IMG/VR virus record: IMGVR_UViG_3300007102_000044
Location: 104,254 to 130,519 of that record
Reading direction: 5' to 3' (one strand)
DNA: 26,266 bases
Source of the DNA: a virus
Shown: piece after piece, positions 15,370 through 23,375 of the stretch
Layout: each line of letters begins with the position of its first letter
Numbering within the stretch: position 1 is the stretch's first letter
Notes under the pieces: generated by a model
Database searches by the model: none
What the model saw: only the letters and a program-made list of their open reading frames with translations
Told to the model about the DNA's origin: nothing
Translations under genes and position numbers: made by a program

Positions 15370-18300
15370 ATGGCAAGTCCATACGCTGGTGTAATTACAA
15401 ATAATGGTATCAATGAAGCTTATTTAGCTGATACTAATGGATGGAAAATAGATTTTTCCAAATTTGCTGTATCTAGTGAAGTTGGTGCTTTGGATGTAAC
15501 TAGAACAACTGCAAACACGATTGTATATGAGGCTGTACCATCAGCCTTTGTAAAAATTGATTCTAATTCAATCAGAATCACATGTGAAATACCCGCTGAA
15601 GCTGAATATCCTGCTGGAACACCAACAGGAGATTTTACTATTAGAGAGGTATATTTATTTATAACTAATAAAGACGATGCTGAAAAACTGTTTTGGATTG
15701 GTCAACCTATACCACTCCCATATACAGAAGTATCAGATTTTAACTTTGATATTATAATCAATCTTAATAATATATCTGAAACATCTACGTTTACTAATAC
15801 ACAAGCAACAGAAGTTTCAAACCACAATAATGACCCTAATGCACATCCACACATTAAAGATGTTATTGAAAAGGCTGGTGGTTTATATCAAAACCCTGCT
15901 GTGAACTATGAATTTACATCTCAATGGGTTGATTATTATAATGTTACATTTGATGGAAGTGTTATTGATGGTGATTGGGTTTATAAATCTGAAGCTGATA
16001 ATATTTATTATAAAGCTATAGTTGGTAGTGCTGATTCTTATAATTTAGTTGGATATGCTGATGTAACAGAAGGTCTTGTCAGATTTGGCGGTCTTGTGAA
16101 TACAGGACATGCTTATGATGCTGGTACAAGATTATATCTTTCTGCTACTACTGCTGGTGTTGCTACTGATACTGAAACAGATGTATTTCTGGGTGTTACA
16201 CAGACTGATGGCGTGATGCTTGTTTTCTCCGCTGGTGGAACTGGTGGTGCTGGAACAGATGAAGAATATATTGAAGCTAATATAATTCTTAATAATTCAG
16301 TATATACACAATTATACTATGATGATTTTAAGGATACTACAACAGTTACAACTGATGCGACATGGGATGGTGCTGATTCAGGTTGGACGGGTGCTACAAG
16401 TGACACTTTAGAAACTCAGGTGCTTGATACAAGCGCAACAACATTTTATCATTTTACACTTAAAGCTGATATTGATACTGAAGCCAATATTTCATTTGAA
16501 TATTCATTAAACGATGTTGATTGGGTTTCATTTGATTTAAATGAAATTATATATGTTGCAGAAGGCTTTACAGATATGTACATTCGTGCAACATGGTCTG
16601 ATACAGCTACTATGAAAAACCTTTTCTTCTTATATGATAAGGGTGCTACTGGTAATAATGAATATATTCCACATTTAAATGAAGTATTCAGTCCAAGTGC
16701 TGATATTTTAGCTGGTGAAGATATAGTTCTTCCTATTTCATCACCTTATATTCAGAATAATAATGCTCTTGCTGTTTATGTAAATGGTAAGAGAAGAGAT
16801 GATGTTACGGAAATTGATGGATATACAATTCAATTAGGAATTGATGTTTATACAACTGATGTGATTAGAATAGAAGAAGTTGCAATACCACCTTCATTCA
16901 TTGGTGTAAATTCTAGTGCTTATATAGTTAAACTTCCTAATATTCAAGCACTTAAAGATTACAACCCATATCAAAATGATGTGGCTATTGAAGTTCTTGG
17001 ATATTATACAGAAGGTGATGGTGGTGGTGGAACATTCCATTGGAATCCAGACAACACTGATGCTGATAATGGTGGAACAATAATTCAAAGAACTGCTGGT
17101 GGTGACGGAAGATTTGAAAGAGTGTATAGTGGTTTAATAAATATTAAATGGTTTGGTGCTAAAGCTGACGATAATACATTTGATAATGGCGCTATTATAC
17201 AATCTATTTATGACAGTGGCATAAGAAGTTTTTATGCTCCAAAAGGTAAATATTACTGGTCAACACCTGTTTCATGTACAAACAATACCAGTATTTCTCA
17301 ATTTTACTCTCTTGCAGGATTGGATATTCCCACTCTTGTGATTAAGGGAGATGGGTCACAAGAAACCATATTCTTAACAGAAAATGACAGTTTCTCAGGT
17401 GTGGATTATTTCATGCAAATAAACACTAATGAAGATGACTTATCAACAGATGCATACGCTTTTAATATTAACATTGAAGGTATATCATTTAGAGGTTCGG
17501 GTGCTACTAATACTATGTATGGTCTAAAACTACGTGGATTGTGGCATGGTAAAATTCTTGATGTTCAATGCAAGTTTTTCAATGATGGTATGAGTGTTGA
17601 TGGGGTTGGTACGCCAAGTTCAGATGATTATGACACTATGGGGTATATTCATTTAGACCAAGTGGTTTTAAATAACAATAATGATTGTGGTTTCAAGGCT
17701 ATAGTAACTAGACCAGCGGGACTTAGATTTACTTCATGTGAATTAAGAAACAATGGTTCTTATGGTTATCGTGGTGGTGGTGCTGGAATATCATTTGATA
17801 ACTGTAGCATTTCACTTAATGGTTCTTCAGACTATGAAGGTGGTATATCTATAGAACCACCTGCTTCAGGTTCAATCCCAAGAGGATTTTCTATAAGGGG
17901 ATGTACACTGGAAGCGAATCATGGACAAGATATATGGATTAAGCAGGTCAAGGGATGTGTAATAGATGGCAATATATTCACACCATACGACCTTTCATTA
18001 ACATCTAATAAATGTATGATTAGGGTACTTGAAACGGCAACAACAACTAATAAATTACAAGGCGTGAGTATAACAAATAACCAAATTCAGAATTGGTCAA
18101 TCGATGCTGGAAACTCAATATATTGGGTGTATTCAATGGCTAACTTTGGTGACCTTGCAAATATCAAGGAGAGTAATAATAACTTTGGTGACGGTGTGGC
18201 ATCAGGGTCTACTATTAAAAATATGACTCGTTATGTGTTCGGGTCTCTTGATGTGTCACAATGGAAAGTGGAAGCTGATTATAATGCTATTATACCTGCA

Positions 18301-18723
18301 ACAGAATCCGATATTGTTGATATAACTGGTGGGACAAATAGCTTTTCATCTTCAAATGCTTCAATATTAAGTATACTTGATACATACACAGATGATTTCA
18401 ATTATACTGGCACTGGTACGTTCAAGATAATAAAAGATGGATTCTATGACATAAATATTGTGTTACCTATAACAGGACTCACCGCTTCTCATAGTGGTAT
18501 CGTACTTGACGTTAGGGTTAATTCAATCCAAAGACTTGTTATTGAAAGGGAATTAGCACTAGATAATGGGCAATATGACGTACCAATGGCATTGAATGGT
18601 AAAATATGGCTTAATCAGAATGATTCAGTTGCTTATAACTGCCGTATTTCTGGTTCAGACACAACACCAGTCAATTTGGCAAGTAATGGAATGTATTTAT
18701 TTTCTATAACAGCAAGTAGATAA
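15370..18723 (+). CDS. Baseplate-anchored multidomain tail fibre/tailspike with beta-helix depolymerase domain
   Basis: N-terminal P2 gpH-like anchor (ITNNG...FTIREVYLF), HNNDPNAH motif, VYVNG beta domain, GYY..GDGGGG.F.W head module, NIKWFGAKAD pectate-lyase-like start and Asn/Cys-laddered beta-helix. Confidence 0.85.
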   Translation: MASPYAGVITNNGINEAYLADTNGWKIDFSKFAVSSEVGALDVTRTTANTIVYEAVPSAFVKIDSNSIRITCEIPAEAEYPAGTPTGDFTIREVYLFITNKDDAEKLFWIGQPIPLPYTEVSDFNFDIIINLNNISETSTFTNTQATEVSNHNNDPNAHPHIKDVIEKAGGLYQNPAVNYEFTSQWVDYYNVTFDGSVIDGDWVYKSEADNIYYKAIVGSADSYNLVGYADVTEGLVRFGGLVNTGHAYDAGTRLYLSATTAGVATDTETDVFLGVTQTDGVMLVFSAGGTGGAGTDEEYIEANIILNNSVYTQLYYDDFKDTTTVTTDATWDGADSGWTGATSDTLETQVLDTSATTFYHFTLKADIDTEANISFEYSLNDVDWVSFDLNEIIYVAEGFTDMYIRATWSDTATMKNLFFLYDKGATGNNEYIPHLNEVFSPSADILAGEDIVLPISSPYIQNNNALAVYVNGKRRDDVTEIDGYTIQLGIDVYTTDVIRIEEVAIPPSFIGVNSSAYIVKLPNIQALKDYNPYQNDVAIEVLGYYTEGDGGGGTFHWNPDNTDADNGGTIIQRTAGGDGRFERVYSGLINIKWFGAKADDNTFDNGAIIQSIYDSGIRSFYAPKGKYYWSTPVSCTNNTSISQFYSLAGLDIPTLVIKGDGSQETIFLTENDSFSGVDYFMQINTNEDDLSTDAYAFNINIEGISFRGSGATNTMYGLKLRGLWHGKILDVQCKFFNDGMSVDGVGTPSSDDYDTMGYIHLDQVVLNNNNDCGFKAIVTRPAGLRFTSCELRNNGSYGYRGGGAGISFDNCSISLNGSSDYEGGISIEPPASGSIPRGFSIRGCTLEANHGQDIWIKQVKGCVIDGNIFTPYDLSLTSNKCMIRVLETATTTNKLQGVSITNNQIQNWSIDAGNSIYWVYSMANFGDLANIKESNNNFGDGVASGSTIKNMTRYVFGSLDVSQWKVEADYNAIIPATESDIVDITGGTNSFSSSNASILSILDTYTDDFNYTGTGTFKIIKDGFYDINIVLPITGLTASHSGIVLDVRVNSIQRLVIERELALDNGQYDVPMALNGKIWLNQNDSVAYNCRISGSDTTPVNLASNGMYLFSITASR

Positions 18724-18737
18724 GGAGAATAGTATAA

Positions 18738-20573
18738 ATGGCTAAAATAAAGAAAACAGGAGAAAGAACTCTCCAAAAAGAATACGGGGATGACGATGTT
18801 ATAAATCTTCAAACAGCACTTAAGAAATTTGAAGATTTACTTCCTTATACAGATTATACAGTAAAGGTTGACACGATTCAAGAACTAAAAGATTATGATG
18901 TTACATCTATTCCTAATGGGCTAAGTGTTACTATTTTTGTAAATGGATATTACACTGCTGGTGATGGCGGAGGCGGTTCATTTAGATGGAATGGGACGTC
19001 TGAAGAAGTTGATAACGGTGGTACTATTATTGAGCCTACTGCTGGTGGAACTGGTAGATGGGAAAGGATTTACAGTGGTGCGGTTAATGTAAGATGGTTC
19101 GGTGCTGTGGGAGATGGAACAACAGACAATTCAACTTTGTTGACGAGCATGACAGACTCATTCACCTCTATATTTGTGCCCGAAGGGGATTATAGATTAT
19201 CATCAACAATATTTTTACCAGCCGATACGGTAGACCACTATGGAGATATAGTAAGTAAGCAAGTTTTTGGAGTTGGTGAAAAATCAAAATTCCTCATAGA
19301 TGGTGGAGTTATAGGGTTTTCGGGCGTGTCTGGTTCAAGTGATTTATCTGAAAATTGGACTTTTAAAGGTTTAGGATTTGATACTTATAACGCTGATAAA
19401 GTCACTTATGAATCTCCAACAACGTCTTTACCGTCATTTGGTATAGCTTTCAATTTAGGTAGGATGTATAGAAGTAGATTTGAACATTGTTCATTTGAAT
19501 TTGTCAAACCATTTGTACAAGATAGTGCTTTACCATCTTCAAACTCATTCATCCAACAGATAGACATCATTGATTGTGAATCAACTCATCATCAAGAATT
19601 TTTTATGGAAGTTACAGATGCATGGGATTGCAATATAGTTAGAACTAGACTTGAAAGAGGTAACAGAGGTATAAAAATAGGAACATCTGATAATTATTGT
19701 TGTCATGGTGTCAATATCAGCCAATGCACTTTTCAAGGTAATGCATCACCTGATGCAAGCTCTGACGTTGCTGTAATTACGGTTAACCCTACCTATGATT
19801 TGCGTGTAGATAACTGTTACTTTGAATCAAACCGTGATAATAATGGATATGCATCAAAACATATTCATGTTAAAGCAACATCAGATTTTAAAGCAATTTA
19901 CAATCTATCATTAACAAAACTTTTCATGGCACAAAATGTTACAGATGTTGATGAGGTGGGTGCTGATTTTTACAATGTATTAATTTCAGCTAAAATAGAT
20001 AAAGAACTGAATTTTTCTGACTGGCACATAACAGGTGGAAATGCTCTCAGGGCATCAAATACCGAAGCAGATATTTATTATAACAATGTTAGTATAATAC
20101 CAGTTGGTTCGATTTATAATGAAGAAATAATAGGAACGCTAACAGGAACAGGTGGTTTGTATAGTGCAAACGTACTCTCAAAGTTAGATATTTCATTTTC
20201 ACCAGTTATAGCGGATGCTGTAACAGGAGGGAATGTAAGTGGTAGTGTTGCAACATCAGCTAAATGCACAAAGATAGGTGATTTGGTATTTGTTCAAGTA
20301 CAGTTCAATAATATTGATACAACAGGATTGACAGGCACGAATATCCTATATATTCAAGGATTACCTGAAGCATCATTTGGAACTCACATAGGTTCTGTTG
20401 TACTTGATAACTTTACTTATACAGGTTCAGAAGTTGCCAGTTACATATTGAATGGGACATCAGCTATTCAACTTAGACAATCACCTTCAGCGGGAGTTGA
20501 TTCATCTTTAACAGTTGATAGTATTAGTTCTGGTGTATCTGACTTAACATTAAGCATAGTATATATGGTTTAA
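18738..20573 (+). CDS. Second tailspike, right-handed beta-helix
   Basis: GYYTAGDGGGGSFRW...DNGGTII...GRWER, then VNVRWFGAVGDGTTDN and IFVPEGDY. No baseplate anchor domain. Confidence 0.85.
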   Translation: MAKIKKTGERTLQKEYGDDDVINLQTALKKFEDLLPYTDYTVKVDTIQELKDYDVTSIPNGLSVTIFVNGYYTAGDGGGGSFRWNGTSEEVDNGGTIIEPTAGGTGRWERIYSGAVNVRWFGAVGDGTTDNSTLLTSMTDSFTSIFVPEGDYRLSSTIFLPADTVDHYGDIVSKQVFGVGEKSKFLIDGGVIGFSGVSGSSDLSENWTFKGLGFDTYNADKVTYESPTTSLPSFGIAFNLGRMYRSRFEHCSFEFVKPFVQDSALPSSNSFIQQIDIIDCESTHHQEFFMEVTDAWDCNIVRTRLERGNRGIKIGTSDNYCCHGVNISQCTFQGNASPDASSDVAVITVNPTYDLRVDNCYFESNRDNNGYASKHIHVKATSDFKAIYNLSLTKLFMAQNVTDVDEVGADFYNVLISAKIDKELNFSDWHITGGNALRASNTEADIYYNNVSIIPVGSIYNEEIIGTLTGTGGLYSANVLSKLDISFSPVIADAVTGGNVSGSVATSAKCTKIGDLVFVQVQFNNIDTTGLTGTNILYIQGLPEASFGTHIGSVVLDNFTYTGSEVASYILNGTSAIQLRQSPSAGVDSSLTVDSISSGVSDLTLSIVYMV

Positions 20574-20584
20574 GGAGAAAATAA

Positions 20585-20995
20585 ATGTCAAAATTTGATG
20601 AAAGAGATATAGAATTTATAATTGATACTGTTGCTGATTTTACATCAGTTCCTAAGGGTGTAACAACAGTATTAGTTAAAGACCAAGAAAGAGGTGGTGT
20701 ATTTAATCGTATTGCTTCTACAACTGCTGATAACGGTATCATCTTTGATGGAACTGGTTATAGCTGGAAACGACTATTCAAATCACCACCATCAGTGGCT
20801 TGGTTTGGTGATTTGGAATTAGAAAGTACATATCAGAACGCTTTTGATACAGTAGGAGAAAGTTGTTATGTCCCCACTGGAACATACAATTTAGACGCTG
20901 ACACTGTGGATTTCACAACATACAAATTCCATTCATTTGGAGTAGTGACTATAAATGTAAATACTACATTAACAGTAACAAATTTAAACCCTTAA
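20585..20995 (+). CDS. Miniature tailspike-head-like protein (136 aa)
   Basis: IDTVAD, RGGVF, DNGIIF, WKR, SVAWFG and CYVPTGTY: head module plus first beta-helix turn only. Strong SD TAAGGAG. Confidence 0.7.
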   Translation: MSKFDERDIEFIIDTVADFTSVPKGVTTVLVKDQERGGVFNRIASTTADNGIIFDGTGYSWKRLFKSPPSVAWFGDLELESTYQNAFDTVGESCYVPTGTYNLDADTVDFTTYKFHSFGVVTINVNTTLTVTNLNP

Positions 20996-21009
20996 TAATA
21001 TAAATTATT

Positions 21010-21450
21010 ATGAAGATTAATAAAGATATAGAATTACTCCACCCTATACTACGAGCAGTAGTTAGAATGACACTTGATGTGTATGATGATTATCAGGTGA
21101 TAGAAACTCTAAGGTCACATGAAAGGCAAATGAGTTTATATTCATCAGGGTCTAACACAAAGGTCAAAGTCTCCAAACATGAAGCAAATGACCAAGGACT
21201 ATCTGAAGCGGTTGATATTGCTCCAAAAGATAATATGTGGGATGAATCACCAGATATGCTTATGAGATATGCAGTAATGTTTGGCAGAATGGACTCTATT
21301 TTTAATTTAATGAAAGAATGGAATACTGGTGTCACCATACCTGATAATTGTTACCTTAGATGGGGTAGAGATTGGGATAGAGATGGTGAATATAACGACC
21401 AAACTTTTAATGATTATCCGCATGTAGAACTTATCTATAAAGATAAATAA
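21010..21450 (+). CDS. Endolysin, M15 family L-Ala-D-Glu peptidase-like
   Basis: LHP.L, ETLRSHERQ..LY, SKH, AVD, WG.DW and DYPHVEL zinc-peptidase motifs. Confidence 0.9.
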   Translation: MKINKDIELLHPILRAVVRMTLDVYDDYQVIETLRSHERQMSLYSSGSNTKVKVSKHEANDQGLSEAVDIAPKDNMWDESPDMLMRYAVMFGRMDSIFNLMKEWNTGVTIPDNCYLRWGRDWDRDGEYNDQTFNDYPHVELIYKDK

Positions 21451-21457
21451 TAAAAAG
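21441..21457 (+). promoter_or_regulatory. Conserved 17-nt motif copy 6
   Basis: Perfect AGATAAATAATAAAAAG overlapping the endolysin stop, ending 20 nt before ATG 21478. Confidence 0.7.
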
Positions 21458-21477
21458 AGAATAAAGGTGTTTAGTAT

Positions 21478-22212
21478 ATGGCAATCGACATGGAACAGCA
21501 AGTAAACCATTTAAACAATAAAATTGAAGAACAAGATAAGAAAATTAATTCTATATCTAATCATTTAGAAATTTTGGCTAATACAGTTGAACGTATTGCT
21601 AAAATAGTTGAAACTAGTGAAGAACGTGAAGCTAAACGTGTTCAAACGATTAGTGATATTACCATCGGTCAAAAATTACAAACAGATATATTAAATAAAC
21701 TTACAAAACAAATTGAAGAACAGCATGAAACACAAAAAGAATTTCAAAGAACTAGCCTTAAAATTGACTTGATACTTGAAAAGATTGAAAATCATGAAAA
21801 GGAAATTTCTAAGTTGAAAGATGGTGAATCGCCTTTATGTTCAAATCACAATGAAAAGCTTAAAGAATTTGAAGGTAAGTGTAACAATCAATGTGATGAG
21901 TTCAAATCAACAGTTGCGTTAATTCATCAGAAGATAGACTATTCCATGAGTCAAATGAAAGATAATATTGATGAGCTTAACATATCAGATGGTAAAATAT
22001 ACAAGCATATAAATAGTGAAGATAATAAGATAAAAGAAGATATTAAGAAAGACTTTAAATCTTACTCAGATGATTATAAAGCAGAAGTAGCAAAAATTGA
22101 TGATAAACAGGCTAAATTGCAGTATTGGATAATGGGTAACATGTTTACTACTCTGATATTCTTTTTAGGCACGATACTTTCTATTATACTCACATCTAAG
22201 GGGTTAAAATGA
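21478..22212 (+). CDS. Coiled-coil protein with single C-terminal transmembrane helix (lysis-region, XhlA-like topology)
   Basis: About 215 aa of heptad-rich sequence, then WIMGNMFTTLIFFLGTILSIIL. Confidence 0.7.
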   Translation: MAIDMEQQVNHLNNKIEEQDKKINSISNHLEILANTVERIAKIVETSEEREAKRVQTISDITIGQKLQTDILNKLTKQIEEQHETQKEFQRTSLKIDLILEKIENHEKEISKLKDGESPLCSNHNEKLKEFEGKCNNQCDEFKSTVALIHQKIDYSMSQMKDNIDELNISDGKIYKHINSEDNKIKEDIKKDFKSYSDDYKAEVAKIDDKQAKLQYWIMGNMFTTLIFFLGTILSIILTSKGLK

Positions 22213-22601
22213 CATTCATATTGGGTAAATTATTAAACAAAAATACTTTAAAGATATCAGTTATAATAGGAGTATTTGTATATATATTCTTTTTAAATAC
22301 TAGCATCAATAGTAAAAAAATTGAACTTGTAGAACAGAGAAAGACCATTCAAGAGTACAAAATTTCCAATGAAACTTTAATGGATAGAAATAAAGAGTTA
22401 TCACTTATAAATGATGATAATTTGGTTATAATAAATAAGCTTCGGAATCAAGAACCTGAAACTGTTACAGTCTATAAGGATAGAATAGTCAGGGTTCAAG
22501 ATGATTGTAAAGAGATAATAAATGATATGTTGGGGGATTCAAATGAGAAAGCTATTGATAGTGATGATACTATCCTTAACAATCTTAACGGGTTGTTTTG
22601 A
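22209..22601 (+). CDS. Inner-membrane spanin, Rz-like
   Basis: N-terminal TM (ISVIIGVFVYIFFL), periplasmic coiled coil, one Cys near the C-terminus, and overlap with a lipoprotein gene. Confidence 0.75.
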   Translation: MTFILGKLLNKNTLKISVIIGVFVYIFFLNTSINSKKIELVEQRKTIQEYKISNETLMDRNKELSLINDDNLVIINKLRNQEPETVTVYKDRIVRVQDDCKEIINDMLGDSNEKAIDSDDTILNNLNGLF

Positions 22602-22863
22602 GAAAGACCCAAAAGTATATATACCTAAACCTGTTATCAAGATAGAAACGGTTAAGGTATCTGTACCTGTAATTCCTAAATGTATAAATATAGATAAGAA
22701 AGTCATTTTCCATAAATGTGGCAATAGTTATTGTTTAGATGAAACAAATGCAAAAACACTCATAGTTAAATCTAAACTTACAAAATCATGTCTGAATCAA
22801 TGGAATGATTTTAAAAATCAGTTATGTTCTGATGAAAATACCATATGTGAGGAAAGCAAATGA
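22543..22863 (+). CDS. Outer-membrane spanin lipoprotein, Rz1-like
   Basis: MRKLLIVMILSLTILTGC signal peptide II with lipobox LTG-C, Pro-rich linker and several Cys. Overlaps the Rz-like gene by 59 nt. Start moved to ATG 22543 (GGGGA SD). Confidence 0.8.
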   Translation: MRKLLIVMILSLTILTGCFEKDPKVYIPKPVIKIETVKVSVPVIPKCINIDKKVIFHKCGNSYCLDETNAKTLIVKSKLTKSCLNQWNDFKNQLCSDENTICEESK

Positions 22864-23042
22864 AAAGAGAAGATTTGATACAGGTTTTATTAAGTGAAGA
22901 GAAATCAGCATATGACAAATATTTTGAGAAGATGCTTGCAAAATATAATGTTAAATCGCCTAATGAACTTAGTGATGAAGATAAGAAAAAGTTTTATGAT
23001 GAGGTTGATAAAGGCTGGAAAGCAGATAAAGAAACTGATTAA
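22860..23042 (+). CDS. Small helical hypothetical protein (60 aa), candidate internal head protein
   Basis: ATGA overlap with the o-spanin gene. AYDKYFEKMLAKYNVKSPNEL...KKKFYDEVDKGW resembles a motif I recall from T4-like hypothetical proteins. Confidence 0.7.
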   Translation: MKREDLIQVLLSEEKSAYDKYFEKMLAKYNVKSPNELSDEDKKKFYDEVDKGWKADKETD

Positions 23043-23051
23043 GGGTGAATA

Positions 23052-23375
23052 ATGGGAATATTTTTAAATATAGAATTTATAGTTATATCACTTTTCATTA
23101 ATATAGTGGTTATGGAGTTTGTAAAAGTTGCTATAAATCCCATTGCTAATAAGATTATGCATAGGGGTGTAAGAAGAACAACATTAAGATGTATTGTGTT
23201 CTTTTTAGGATTTGGAACAGCATATATTAATAAAAGTTATAATATATATGAAATGGTTCATTCTCCTATAATAGATGGAATGGTTATATCAATATTAGCA
23301 ATAATTATATATGATATTGGTGTTGGATATTTTATTGATATGTTAAAAACAAAGATTAAAGGATTTATAAAATGA
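23052..23375 (+). CDS. Putative holin (about 3 transmembrane segments)
   Basis: 107 aa with three hydrophobic stretches and a basic C-terminus (KTKIKGFIK), inside the lysis cluster. Confidence 0.55.
   Translation: MGIFLNIEFIVISLFINIVVMEFVKVAINPIANKIMHRGVRRTTLRCIVFFLGFGTAYINKSYNIYEMVHSPIIDGMVISILAIIIYDIGVGYFIDMLKTKIKGFIK

Noticed and set aside
16930-19110. Possible diversity-generating retroelement or invertible tail-fibre cassette
   Set aside because: The repeated block is diverged at all base types rather than only adenines. No reverse transcriptase, invertase or inverted repeats were seen in the window.
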